This document shows positions 26,054 through 39,629 of a stretch of DNA of 64,000 nucleotides, piece after piece; position 1 is the first letter of the stretch, and each line of letters begins with the position of its first letter. The DNA comes from Eledone cirrhosa (taxonomy: Eukaryota): assembly GCA_964016885.1 (NCBI GenBank), contig OZ024743.1:250728001-250792000 (forward strand), read 5' to 3'. The notes under the pieces were generated by a model. That model was not told the origin of the DNA, searched no databases, and saw only the letters and a program-made list of their open reading frames with translations. The translations under genes were made by a program, and so were the position numbers.

Positions 26054-26869
26054 ATATGCATATCATTTAAACAACCACAAGGAAACATGTAATTCCTTTC
26101 TATATGACATATATACAGGGATAGTTGATAGTAAGAGCATCAGTAAAATAAACTTTTTCCCATCCAAGGACCAGGATGTTATACTGGAATAACAGATGTA
26201 TGATGATGATGATGATGATTATTCATATATGTACATCATCATTGTTGTCTTTTTAACAGCACTTTCCCTGCTAACAAGGGTTGGATGGGTCTACATAAGC
26301 CAAGTCAATAATGAAGCAGAGCCACTGATCTCCCAGGCAGGCCAGATCTGTGTCTCACTTATGTACGGTTAATGCTCCACCAAGTGCACAGGAGAATTTG
26401 TCATGACTGACACAACAGAGCATCATTCCAACCCTCTATTTGGCAAGATTTCTACGGCTGGATGCCCTTCCTAGCACCAACTACTTTTTGGCATGTAGTG
26501 GGTGTGTTTATTAAGTAGGTCACCAAACACTAGGGAGGCTGACATGTTCTTGACACAACTGAAGGGTCCTCCCAACCCTTGTTTGGCAAGCTGGATGCTC
26601 TTCCCAGCACCAATCACTTTACAGTGTGTACCGGGTATGTTTATTGTGTAGATCACCAATCACTAGGGAAGTTGTCATATCCTTGACTCAACTAATGGGT
26701 CCTCCCAACCCTCTGTTTCGCAAGCCATCCATGGCTGAATGCCCTTCCCTTCACCTACCATAAGGGTCATAGTTGCTAGGAATGCATGATAGGGAGAGGG
26801 TCACAGTGGGGTTGAAGTAGTGATGTTGAGAATATTTGTTGGAGAGTGTTAATGGAAGTGGGGCATGGT

Positions 26870-27370
26870 GTTGGTCAGGTCACATTGTATTCTGCATGCC
26901 AGGTCTTCTTCAGCACTGCGTAGCACCTGACCTCATGGTCATTTGTCATTTCTGTTGTCAAGTTTAGTTTTTTAAGGTTGGTCTTCACAACCTCATCCCA
27001 TGTTTTCTTGGATCTGCTGCCTATTCTACAGGTCCCAGCCATTGGTGTTTCTCCGCATTTCTTTATGCTGCTGTTATCTTCCATATGCATCACATGTCTA
27101 TACCAATGCAGTCTTCTCTCTTGCACACTATAACCAATTTCTCTTATGCCAAGTTTTTCCCTCAGTTTGCTTATGCTATGTTGCTCATGCACACTAACAT
27201 TACACATCCATCAGAGCATACTCAACTCATTTCTTTCTATCCTCCACAGGCCTTCTGCAGTCAAAGTTCATGTTGCACTGCCATGCAGCATTTTAGTTCA
27301 CACACAGGGATCATACAGTCTACCCTTCAATCTGAGAGAAAAGCATTTTGTTGTTAGCAACGGTAATAGA
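26870..27370 (-). mobile_element. old RTE LINE 3' fragment
   Basis: MCNVSVHEQHSISKLREKLGIR...RRLHWYRHVMHM...KTWDEVV. Confidence 0.8.
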
Positions 27371-27987
27371 TCTCTAAACCAGGGAGCGGACAAATGCCAG
27401 ACTTATCTCATAGCATGGACAACCCATCTGACCCATGCAAGCATGGAAAATAAGAGGTTAAAAGGTGATGATATATATATATATACATATATATCCACCC
27501 ATAGGCACTGAAATGTTGAGGTTATGTAGTAACTGCACTGTCATGATATATGGCATGTTTTTAACCCTTTAGCATGTAAACTGGTCGTATCTGGCCAGAA
27601 TTCTCTCACCTCTTTCTGTTCACATCTGCTGTAACCAACCACTCATATTGATGTTAAGGTATTGTTCTCAAAATAAATAATTCCAAAATCTCATAGATTT
27701 GATATTATGTGAGATAATTATGTGAGATAATGCCTTTACTGTGAAAATATAATAGTAAATATAGAGTAATGTAAATGCTACAGGATTAAACCAGTTGATT
27801 TCTTCCAAAGAAGTAGAAAAAAAGAGGTAGAGGAAACATCGATCCTATTATTGTACTGTTATGGTATCTATAAACCCTGAAAGAATGAAAGGCAAAGTTG
27901 TCATCTGTGGGATTTGAACGCCAATCACAGAGAGCCAGAAGGAATTTTATAAACCATTTGATGTGACATTCTCAGCCAATTTGTCAG

Positions 27988-28019
<32 letters not shown>

Positions 28020-28026
<7 letters not shown>

Positions 28027-28173
28027 TAAATAAAAGTCAAATGATTAAAATTTAGCTTCGTTTATTACTGCTATATATATTTCAGTGACAGCCATCTTTG
28101 GCTGTCACTGAAATATATATAGCAGTAATAAACGAAGCTAAATTTTAATCATTTGACTTTTATTTAACTTTAT
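28020..28173. repeat. perfect 75-bp-arm hairpin at the start of a short element inserted in (TA)n
   Basis: 28020-28094 is the exact reverse complement of 28099-28173, with a 4-nt loop TCTT. Unique sequence continues to ~28273, then (TC)/(TA)n. Confidence 0.95.
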
Positions 28174-28272
28174 TTTACACTACTCCGGAGTAACCAAACC
28201 AACCTGCGCACTTCGTCGAGTGCTCCAGCCTGCATACTGAGGTGTTGGTATACAACCAACATAAACTCAAAA

Positions 28273-28322
<50 letters not shown>

Positions 28323-28942
28323 ATATATATATGTGTGTGTGTGTAATGTGTGTGTGTGTGTGTATGTGTGTATATATATATATAGCAAGAATCTAAACTT
28401 TTGCAGACTTATTCCATAATATAGAAATTTAAGAAAGTTCTGATTTATTTTCAAGTAAACAGACTAAAATTTAATGACTTCAATTCTGAGCATTGTTTGG
28501 TAATACAGAAAGAATATCAAGATGAGTCTTTTGAATACTTGCTTCCGCTTTGAAATAAACTGCAGCTAATGGCTATCTCTTGAGAGTGGGAGAGAGAGAG
28601 TGAGGGAGAGAGAGTTTTCTACATTGATATAGTAAATGTAAAATGGTAAATATAAGTATATAGAATTCCAGGAATTCTTATTACATCTCATTCAAATAAA
28701 ATGTTTCATCCATTCCATTCTATAAAAGTTCTATATCTAAGATATTTCTTTTTAATTTTATAATTACTTTTGTGAAATGCAGGTGAAAGGTGGCACATTG
28801 CTGTTAAACTCTGCTGTCTTATAAACTAGACTCTTCTAGCTCCTTTAACACTCAACACAGATGGACCCCAATATAGTTTGGCAGTTGAACCATTGAAGTA
28901 TTGATTTCTTTCTCTCTCTCCCACCTCACTCTTACGGAAAAG

Positions 28943-28974
28943 TGATGCAGCCTGGCCTGGTGCGGCGCCTGAAG
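28943..28974 (+). CDS. candidate micro-exon or first coding exon (MQPGLVRRLK)
   Basis: CpG-containing unique sequence with a strong AAG/GTAAGG donor, an upstream pyrimidine tract with an AAG acceptor, and ATG at 28945. Confidence 0.3.
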
Positions 28975-29574
28975 GTAAGGATATAGAAAACTCATTTTAT
29001 ATACATATATATATGTGTGATGATAGATATCATCATTATCATCATTTAAGATCTGTTTATATATATATACACACATACACATATATACAACTGCAGATTT
29101 ATATATGTATGTCTATGTGTATGTATATATATTCATATATGCATATAAATATATATCTGTGTGTGAGGGCATGTGTTTATTATATGTAACAATAAGAATG
29201 AGTTAGCAGTCAATTGAAATATAAAATGTATTAAGAAATTCTTGGAGAGAGAGAGAGAGGGAGAGAGAGTGTGTGTGTGTGTGATAGGGGGTCTTTGTGT
29301 ATGATATAATGACAGAGATATGTACCAGCTCTCTAAGATGGTGAGCTGGCATACAACCATTGTTAAAGAAATGCATTTATGCAGGATTTATATTTATATT
29401 TAGAAATACTTTGATAGATACATTTCCTATCAGATATAAATTAATCAAGTACCTCCACTAAAGATTGGGTAAGGAGGCTATAAAAGTTGCAGGTTATGTT
29501 TAAAAATAACAAAGAAATATGTTAACTACATCAGTTCACTCTTGGTTTTAATATGTAGATTTTACTATAAATGT

Positions 29575-30345
29575 ATTTCTTTGTGGTTAAGGAGTTAGTT
29601 TGTAACAACGTAGTTTAGAGGCTCATTCCCAGAACTGGTTGGTAATAGAAAGGCCATCTAGCCCCCAAAAGCCTGCCTAGTGTTCTATATAATAAATGCA
29701 CCAACTACACTCAGTAAAGCATTTGGTTCTGGACATCCATCCCCAGAAAACCTACCTAGCATTAGTGATCTATATGATATATGCACTCCTATACTCTGTA
29801 AAGTGGTTGGTAATAAGAAAGCCATCTACCCCAGAAACTGTGCCTAATGTTAGTGATCTATATGATAAATATACCTAATACATTTAGCAAAGTGCTTGGT
29901 GATAGGAAGTGCATCCAGCTGTATAAAACCTGTGAAACAAAGTGTTGGGAGGATTCTTCAGTTGTGGCAAAGATGAGACAACATCCCTTGTGTTTGTGAT
30001 CTATATGGTAAATGTACACAGTACACTCTGTAAAGTGCTTGGTGATAGGAAGGCCAACCAGCTGTAGAAAAGTTGCAAAACAAAGGGTTGGTAAGGCTCT
30101 TCAGCTGTGTTAAAGATATGACAAGCACACTAATGGTGGTGCAATAATAAAATGTACTCAGTAGAGTGTGGGAACGTTCTGTAAATGAGAGGCACACATA
30201 TCTGAGAGATAAGCCTCTTTACTAGAGTACTGGCTTGGTTTGTGAAAACTCATCCAACCCTTTTTAGCAAGGAAAACAATGATTAAATGATTAGGATCAT
30301 CATCATCATCATTTCATTTTACGTCTGCTTTCCCTGCTTGCAAGG
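29575..30345 (+). repeat. decayed SINE with ~5 tandem ~90-bp copies of the RTE-UTR-like module
   Basis: Repeated gtaaagtg.ttggt.ata.gaa.g.catc.a.c...agaaa...ttagtgatctatatg units followed by an RTE-type tail. Confidence 0.55.
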
Positions 30346-30371
30346 GTATATATATATATAGAGAGATAGAT

Positions 30372-32915
30372 AATAGATCCATATTTAATAGTAAAGCTGT
30401 ATACTATAATGAAGCATTAAATAAAGCTGGATATAACAATAATATTGAGTATATAGAAAAAAAATAGTAAAAATAATATTAATTATAATCACACTAATCA
30501 TAATAAAAATGAATATAAAAACAACAACTTGAGTAATAAATCGGGGAAAAAAATAAGAACTAGATCTATAATTTTGTATGCTCCGCCTGCATCTTTAGCT
30601 ATTAAAACACCGGTAGCACCCTTATTTTTTAAAGCTTTGGATAAATGCTTCCCTAGGTCACATCAGTATTACTCTATTTTCAATAGACACACAGTTAATT
30701 CAACAACTATGAATATTGCTCAAAATATAGCAAAAATAAATAGTAAAAATCTTAATTTGAACCAACATATAATTAGCAATAAAAACAATAATAATAACAA
30801 TACATTAGTTAATGGGAATAACAATAATAGTTTAAATACTAATAATAGTAGAACACCTGTAAATAATAATGTGAATAGTTTAAGGTCTGGAAATAACATT
30901 GAGAAGAAATGTAATTGTACAAAGAAGTCCGAATGTCTTTTACAAAATAATTGCCTTGACAAGAATATAGTATATAAATGTACCATTAAGACAAATAATA
31001 ATATATATAACTATATTGGTGCCACTTCACCTAAGTTTAAGGAACGTTGGTATAATCATAGACAGTCTTTTACTAAACCAGATAAGAAATTTTCAACTTC
31101 ACTTTCGCAATTAATATGGTCTTTAAACGACAATAATATTAAATACTCCATCTCTTGGACCAAATTAAATGCAGCCAATTCCTATCAGAATGCTTCTATT
31201 TCGCAAAACTGCAATCTTTGTAATTTCGAGACTACAGATAATTACAGATAATCAACAAAAAAAAAAAAAGAATTATTCAGTAGTTGTCACCATAAAATTG
31301 GTAAAACTTTCCAAGCATTGTACAAGTTTCGAAAAAATATTGACAATTAGTAATTTAATATATATATGTTTTTGCCTTATTGTGGTAATAATTTATTGAT
31401 ATTTATATGTATTAGAATTATTTTATTAAGAATCTCCTTATCCTATGTTTTGATTAGGACAGTTCAATATCTAACTAGACATCTTTTATGATATTTACAA
31501 TAGATGATTTATGGTTTTCGAAATATCGCGGAATGTGTGAATAGAGATATGTTATAAATGTTTGTATATGGTGAATGAGTTATCTTCCTTTTGTTTACAT
31601 TGTCCGTAAAATTTCCTTCCTTTTGTCTAGCTTGCTGAATTATATTAGTTTTGAAATAGGTAGACTAATAATATACAGACTATCATTAAAATGAAACTAT
31701 ATAAATAAGTAAATACAGAAGTAAATATAACCTTCAGTAAATTAATGAAATTAACTTTTGTGAGTAAATGTAACTGCAGTTAAATCCTAGAAATTAAATG
31801 AAAATTAAAGAATAGTGAAGATATTATAAAGAAAATATCATAATTAAATAATTTGAGTAATATATGATATAAATATATTATATGTATTGATGGTGACTTA
31901 TGTATGATATTAGATTTTAATACATATGTAATAATTATTCAAATACGCTTTAAGGATTAATTCTTTTAAAGTTGTAACAAAATATTTATAGAATATCTTA
32001 CCTTAAAATTAAAAATAATTGTTTCTGCTTTTGGCACAAGGCCAGCAATTACCCAGTACATTACTCGTACTTCATTTTATCGACCCCGTAAGGGTGAAAG
32101 GTAAAGTTAACCTCGGCGGGATTTGAACTCAGATCATAAAGGGCCGTAACTCTTTGCTGCAAAGCATGGCGTCAGACCCTCTACCGATACTGCCAAAAAA
32201 TAATAATCTATAATAAGTTAAATTAAATTATATAAATGTTTAATTAAACTATATATGTGATTGCTATAGAAAATAATCTATACTGATTAATTTGCATATA
32301 ATATATAAGTATAATTAGCTAAGGCATAATCAAATACTAAAGATATTCAATTGTTTAGTTGAATTGATTGCATGTCCTATTTGATCCAGTATTTGAAAAC
32401 AATGATTTTTTCTATATCCCCCTCTATTTGATGTTTCCTTTATTTTCCTTATTTTCTTTACCCCCCTCTGTTCACTTTACTTTCCTTACACCTTCCCTCT
32501 TTTGTCGTTATTCCTCTTTTCTTTTTTATATATTTCTTTTACTCATTCATCCTTTTATATTTTAATTTTTTATTCATTTATCTATTTATGTATGTATTTT
32601 CTTTTTTCTTGCCTTTCCTCTTCATTACACCCTCTCTCATATCTCTAATTTGCTCTACGTCCTTTTCTTCTTTAAGTTTATCATATTATTTGTGGTATAT
32701 AAACGTTGAGATTTGATGAAATAAATCACTGCCAATACTGGAATTGTATAATCAAGACCGTATAATCAAGACCGGTATGTCATATATAAAATCATATATT
32801 TTATCTGATGAAGACGTACTGAAAAAACAAGACAGTACCTTTGAAATATATATAATAAAGCATATATTTTGATTATATGAATATCCTTCATTTGTTAATA
32901 TTTTGAATAATATTA
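30372..32915 (+). mobile_element. Penelope-like (Naiad-type) element, 5'-truncated and frameshifted, with a long AT-rich 3' region
   Basis: YYNEALNKAGY (30372-30465) and ORF 30529..31251 with CNCx5C, IVYKC..YIGAT, ERWYNH, CNLC; homologous to the 1518 element. A hammerhead motif lies near the inferred 3' end; a SINE is inserted at 32017-32195. Confidence 0.85.
32800..32859 (+). ncRNA. type I hammerhead ribozyme motif
   Basis: TTTAT-CTGATGA-AGACGTACTG(loop)CAGTACCTTT-GAAA-TATATA-TA-ATAAA, on the same strand as the upstream Penelope-like ORF. Confidence 0.7.
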
Positions 32916-33107
32916 TATATATAAAAGGCGATGGATTGGCAGTATCGGTATTTGACGCATAGAGTTACGGCCCTTGCCATTCTGAGTTCAAATCCCGCAG
33001 AGGTTAACTTTGCCTTTCATCCTTACAGGGTCGATAAAATAAAGTACCAGTAATACACTGGATAATTGCTGGCCTTGTGCCAAAAGTAGAAACAATTATA
33101 TATAAAT

Positions 33108-36100
33108 ATCATCATCATCATTTTACGTCTGCTTTTCCCTGCTTGCAAGGGTGGGACGGGTCTTATTCAGCACAGCATCTCTCCACTCGTCACGGTCCCT
33201 CGTCATCTCCACCGTGAGCTTCAATGATCTGAGGTCTGTTCTCACCACCTCCGCCCATGTTTTTCGTGCTCTACCTCTACCACGTCTTCCTTCAACTGGC
33301 ATTTCCTGGCATTTCTTCACCCATCGGTCATCCTCCATGCGCATCACATGTCCATACCACCTCAGTCTCCTCTCCCGTACACTACATTCTATCCCTCTCA
33401 GACACAGTTTCTCTCTCAACACATTTATGCTGGGTCGTTCACGCACATTTACACTGCACATCCAACGGAGCATGCTTGCCTCATTTCTCTCCAGCCGTCG
33501 CATATCCTCTGCAGTTGCTGCCCATGTCTCACTACCATGCAGCATCGCGCTCCTCACACAGGCATCATAGAATCGGCCTTTCGTACGCAGGGAGAAACCC
33601 TTCTTCGTCAGCAGAGGAAGCAGCTCCCTAAATTCTTCCAACCTGTCCTTATTCTAGATACTATGGCCTTGGAACACTCTCCTCCCATGCTAATCTAATC
33701 TCCTAGGTACCGGAAGCTATCCACCACTTCCATAGCGCCCTCTTGCATTTGAAAAATGTGTCTATCAGTGCGACTTCTACTGTCTAATTTCCCTGTACAT
33801 CTACTGCATACATATTTCTCCCTACCTGTTAGTTTGCCTGCTATCCCGCTACATCTCTTGTGTACCCAGGATCTGCATTGTGTGCATTTTATAGAATGTA
33901 TGCCAGTTCCTTTTCTGCATATCGAACATGGCCATTTCCCTGACGGAATCAGGGTTTTGTCCTCTTTTCTACTCATCAACACTTTTGTCTTAGCTAGATT
34001 CACTCTCAGTCCTCTTACTTCCAACTGCTGTTTCCATAGCCAGAATTTATTCTCTAGCTCCTCTACTGATTCTGCTATAAGAACCAGATCGTCAGCATAG
34101 AGAAGTTCCCATGGACAGCCAGTCTTAAACTTCTCTGTTATGGCTTGGAGGACTATAATGAACAAGAGCGGGCTGAGGACCGAGCCCTGATGTACTCCTA
34201 TTTGTATCTGGAATTCCTCACTAAACTCCATTCCTACCCTGACTTTACTGAGAGTACCTCTGTACAAAGTTTGCACTGTCCTCACAAGCCATTCCTCAAC
34301 ACCTAGCTTCCTTAGGGACCACCAGATGACAGATCGGGGTACCCTATCAAAGGCCTTCTCTAGGTCAACAAAGTCTAAGTATAGTGGCTTATTCTTCTCT
34401 AAGAACCTCTCTTGCATTTGTCTCACCAAGAAGAGGGCATCTGTTGTACTCTTCCCAGGCACAAAACCAAACTGCATCTCATCTAGTTTGACCCTTTCTC
34501 TAATTAGTTGTGCTAAAATCCTTTCTGCCACTTTCATAACCTGATCTATCAGTTGTATACCCCTATAATTGCTCCTCTCCAAAGCATCCCCTTTACCTTT
34601 GTAGCAATTTATGAGAATACTGCTGCACCAGTCTTTGGGTATGACACCACCATATATAGCCTGATTGATGATGCGTGCAACCAGTTTAGTGCCTACGTCC
34701 CCTGATGCCTTCAGCATCTCAGCAACTATTCCCGATGGTCCGGCCGCCTTACCATTTTTCATTTCCCTAATCGCCTCTTGGATCCTATATTCGTCAATCT
34801 CAATAGCTGGTCCTTCTGTCGGATCTACCAAGGGTAATTTCTCTCTCTCCCATTCGTTCTCCACATTCATCAGTCTCTCATAATGACATTTCCAGGCCTC
34901 CCTTTTCTGATCATTTGTGACACTAAGTACACCGGCATCATCCCGGACACATTTATCTCCAACAACATCCTGATTTGCATTGACACACTGCCTTGCAATG
35001 TGGAACACAGCACGCCTCTGATCTTCCCGTCGCAGAACATTGGCAAACCTCCTACTCTCTGCCTCCCTGTGTGCTAAGTACACCTGACGTCTAGCTTCTC
35101 TCTTAGTGGCTGTATATTCTTCCCTACACCCACTCTTTTCCCAAGCCTTCCATGCTAGTCTTTTGTCTCTAATAGCCTTATCTACTGTGCTGTTCCACCA
35201 CCAGGTCACTCTCTGTCTGGTTGGAGCTCTGCTCCAGCCACAGGTTTCATCAGTAGCCTGCAGAAAGTTGTCACATAAGAAATTCCAGTTATTATCTATC
35301 ATACGTCTTTAAATCGTCTTCTTTTTCGTCATATACATCTTGAAGGGCTTTCCTAAATTTGTATTTTAGTGAAAGGTCTTTTAGCTTCCAGACCTTTCTT
35401 CTCCACACCTTCCTATATGTCTCATTCCATCTCTTGCTTACTGAGATATCACTAACAACTAACCTATGCTGTGGGGTACATTCTTCCCCAGGATATGCCT
35501 TGGTATTAGACACTATCTGCCTGTCCCGCTGCCTAACTAGCAAGAAGTCAATCTGGCTTATGTGCTCACCAGATTTGTAGGTTATTAGGTGATTGGCAGG
35601 TTTCTGGAAGTTTGTGTTGCAAATAGTCAATGTACTCGCATCACAAAATTCAAGAAGTCTCACTCCTTCTTCATTTCTTGAACTGTAACCGTGCCCACCA
35701 TGTACCCCAGTGTAACCATCCTGGAGCTGTCCAACATGACCATTAAAGTCTCCTGCTAGCATAACGATGTCTCCGTCCTCTGTCATTGTGGTTGTTTGCA
35801 AACGTTGCTCATAAAAGCAGTCTTTCTCATCTTTGCCTAGGCCTGCTTGGGGAGCATAGACCAAGATGATTGTCAGTAGTCTCCTACCTACAACTAATCT
35901 AAGCTTAATTATTCGATTACTAACTCGAACTACCTCTATTGTCTTATTGATCCATTTCTCAACCAGGAAAATGCCAACTCCCCCTAGCCCATCATCCTTA
36001 CCTACCCAGAATAGCTTATAGATAAGACGCTTGCCTACAACTAGTCTCGCAGAGGCACCTCTCCATCTCACCTCTTGCACGCAGCACACATCCACCTGCC

Positions 36101-36383
36101 TTCTCTCCAGCATCTCCTCTATTTCAGCAGATCTACCTCTGAGAGTGCCAACATTAAGTGTTGCAACTCTGAGATGCGACGTCGTCATATTTTGTTGTTG
36201 TTCCTATTTGTTGCTGTACTGATAAGCGTTTTGGCATTGATACACTGGTTGGATGCCCTTCCTAACACCAGTGCCACTTTACAGCATGGACTGGGTGCTT
36301 TTATTTGTGCTACCAGCACTAGAGAGGTTGTCTTACTAGACTCAAGGGCCCTCTCTACCCCTCCATTTTACAGCATGGTCATT
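33108..36383 (-). mobile_element. near full-length RTE LINE (APE + RT with embedded PHD-like finger), disrupted by frameshifts
   Basis: ORFs 35292..36188 (TLNVGTL, VQEVRW, VYAPQ, GDFNGH, QIDF, QHRL), 33695..35302 (QFGF, QGSVLSP, LYADD) and 33123..33641; ~195-nt 5' UTR; (GAT)n tail. Confidence 0.95.
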
Positions 36384-36386
36384 AAA

Positions 36387-36438
<52 letters not shown>

Positions 36439-36454
36439 AGAGAGAGAGAGAATA

Positions 36455-36741
36455 ATCAATGGAGAGTACTATGCCAACTTGCTGAGGCAGTTACGAAAGG
36501 CTTTCAAGACCCAGGAAAACTGATAAAAGGAGTCTTCTTTAATCAGGTGACGATGACTTCATATCTGCTGTTGATAACTTTTCTGACCAACAGGATGAAA
36601 GTTTCTTGACCAATAGGATCCAAACACTGCAACACCAATGGAAGAAGTGTGTGGATCAGAAAGGAGAAAAATAAATCTCATTTGGTCACATTCCATGAGA
36701 GTATCTTAGTCAGCCTATGAACTTTTAAGCTGACCCTCATA
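36455..36741 (+). mobile_element. mariner transposon 3' relic (internally deleted)
   Basis: YYANLLRQLRK and QTLQHQWKKCVDQKG, the typical mariner C-terminus, followed by a TIR-like end gaactttt.agctgaccctc.ta. Confidence 0.65.
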
Positions 36742-36954
36742 GAAGATGTTAAACCATGGTGCCACACAGTTGGAGAGATCCTGCAACCAAGTGGACACAA
36801 CCCAAACACCTTAACAACACAGTTATGACTCTCTCTATATTGCTTCTTTTCCTTATTTTAATCTGTTCTTTTGTCTTTTTTTAATAAACATTCTATCTTT
36901 AATAATAGGAAACATATTTTTTGGAGATAGATGACGGAGGAACGAGGGAGTGGG

Positions 36955-37048
<94 letters not shown>

Positions 37049-37325
37049 GATAGTGAATAAGAGAGAGAGAGAGGGAGATAAAAGAGAGAGAGGGGTGACT
37101 GAGAGAGAGATGAGTGAATGAGAAAGAGAGGGGAGAATGAGAAAGAGGGGGAATGATAGAGAGAGGGGGATGAAAGCAAGAGAGGGGGGAATGAAAGAGA
37201 GAGAGAAGAAGGATGATAGAAAGAAGAGGAAATGATAGAGAGAGAGAGAGGGAGAGTGATAGAAAGAAAGGGAAATGAAAGAGAGAAGATGATACCAGAG
37301 AAAATAATAGAGAGAGAGAGAGTAT
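36955..37325. repeat. (GA)n microsatellite and purine-rich low-complexity tract; degenerate (GT)n tract follows at ~37620-38420
   Basis: Direct inspection. Confidence 0.9.
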
Positions 37326-39629
37326 AATTTTGATTTTTCTTTAAAATGGCATGCCAATTTTTGTCTGATTAAAATTTAAATTGGATGTCAAAAGTAAATT
37401 AAAGATGTCCTCCATGAGATTATAACAATATCATATGATTGTAGTCTTTGCTACATTAGTATTCATAACCCTTATTATTTCATATTGTTGTTGGTGATAG
37501 TTTCACTACATTTTTCTTTTTGTTTGCTTTTGTTGTTGGGGTTTTTTAAATTTTATTTTAAAATATTTTAATAATTCCCTACCTTGTTCTTCCTAACACC
37601 AGCGGTACATCTCTTAACATGTGTGTGGCTGTGTCTATGTATATGTATGTATATGTGTGTGTGTGAGTGTGTGTCTATGTGCATGTGTGAGTCTGTATGT
37701 GTCTGTATGCATGTGTGTGTGCATGTGTGTGTGTGTGTTACAGTATAGGATTGTGTATATGTATTGCTGCATGTGTTTGTGTATGTGTGAGTGTATTACT
37801 GAGTATGTGTATGTGTGTATGGGTACACCTCTCAATATGTATGTATGTGTGTTTATGTATGTATCCGTGTGTATGTGTGAGTGTGTGCGTATGTGTGAGT
37901 GTGTGTGTATGTGTGAGTGTGTGTGTGTGAGTGTGTGCATATGTGTGAGTGTGTGTGTATGTGTGAGTGTGTGTGTGTGAGTGTGTGTGTGAGGTTATAG
38001 CCCTGTGTATATGTTCTGCTACATGTGTGTATGTGTGTGTGAGAGTGTATCACTGTAAGTGTGTGGATATATTCTCAACATAGTGTCTCTATGTATGTAT
38101 CTGTGTGTGTGTGTATGTATGACAATATAGTAGTGTGTATAAATATATTGCGGTATGTGCGTTTGTGTGTGAGTTTATCACTTTGTATGTCTTGGTATAT
38201 CTCTCAACATGTGTGTCATTGTATGTGTGAGGGTGGGTATTGTGCTGGATATATGTATTGCTGAATGTGTGTGTGTGTGTGTCAATATCACTGTAGGTGT
38301 GTGGGTGTATCATAGTTGGTGTGTGTGTGTGAATATGTGTGTATCACAGTGTGCTTGTAAGATCATGTTATATGTGTGTATCAGCTTTTTCTGTATGCAT
38401 GATTGTGTTGTGTCCATACACTATGCTGGATACCCATATGGAATTCCTACCTGTTCTAAATATTGAACAACCATTTTCCTGATGGTATCTGTGCAAGAAT
38501 ACTACATAAACCTGACTCCTAGCTTCTCAGTATATTTACCTTGTTACCTCCAGCCTTCCAAACTTTCCAAATCAATCTTTTAGCTTTTATGGCTTTATCT
38601 ACGTACTGTCACCTTGCCCTAATCAAAGACCACATATGTGGCTTTTAGCAGGTTGTCACTAAGGACTTTCTAGTTTTCCTCTATGTTATAGAGCTAGTAT
38701 GCCTCTAGACCTATGGACGTTTTGTGGTTCTTATGCTTTCCATATTCTTTTTCTTTATTTTGCTTTTACTTTGAAGTCACAGTCACCTATCTATGCTGGT
38801 TGATTCAAACTTCAACAGGAGAAAACTTGGCATTTATAAACATCAATCTTGTATCCTAGTGAAAATAAACTATCTGACAAGTATACTCCTGATTGGTAGG
38901 TGATCAAGAAGTCGGTTGGCCATTTGCATCACAAAATTGCAGAAGCCTTATATATATCTATTTCTATATCTCTATAAACTATTTTAAGTTTGTTGAATGT
39001 TTAATTATAGGAGTAGGTATGCTTGCAATAACAAATGTTAAGTGTGTATGTGCATGTGTATAATTGTGAATATGTGTATGTGTGCAAGTGTGTGTACATA
39101 TCTCTATACATGTATATTTGAATGAATGTGTGTCTGTATATATATAACTGTATATGCATATGTAAATATATGCCTATGTGTAAGTGTATATGTGTAGAAG
39201 TGTAAATATGATTTTTATTTTCCAATGAAAACATTCTATTAACTTCTATATTTTGACAGATTTCTCTTTCTCACAGTCCCTCTCTCTCTTTCTCACACCC
39301 CCTCTCATTTTCTCACTTGTTCTAATTCTCTCAATCTCTTCTGCTCATATATTTATATTCCCTTTCCATTGTCCATCTATGATCACAGACATGGCTAAGT
39401 GGTTAAGAAGTTCCCTTCCCAATCTTGTGGTTCTGGCTTCAAACCCAATGCATGGAATTTTGGGCGAATGTTTTTGACATATCTTTAGGTCAACAACAAT
39501 ATATACACATATACACAGATAAATGCTAATGTTATTCGGCACAGCATTATTTTATATCTTGCATATACAAGTAGAAGTAAGCAGAACAGTAAAAATATTA
39601 CCAACAATAATCCTATACACTGTTCTCTT

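Noticed and set aside
33151-35580. Plus-strand ORFs overlapping the RTE elements (also 58.7-60.9k and 62.4-63.5k)
   Set aside because: Antisense shadows of RT coding sequence with no independent motifs.
36190-36383. HDV-like ribozyme expected in an RTE 5' UTR
   Set aside because: I could not assign the nested double pseudoknot by eye; this needs a descriptor search, so it is not claimed.
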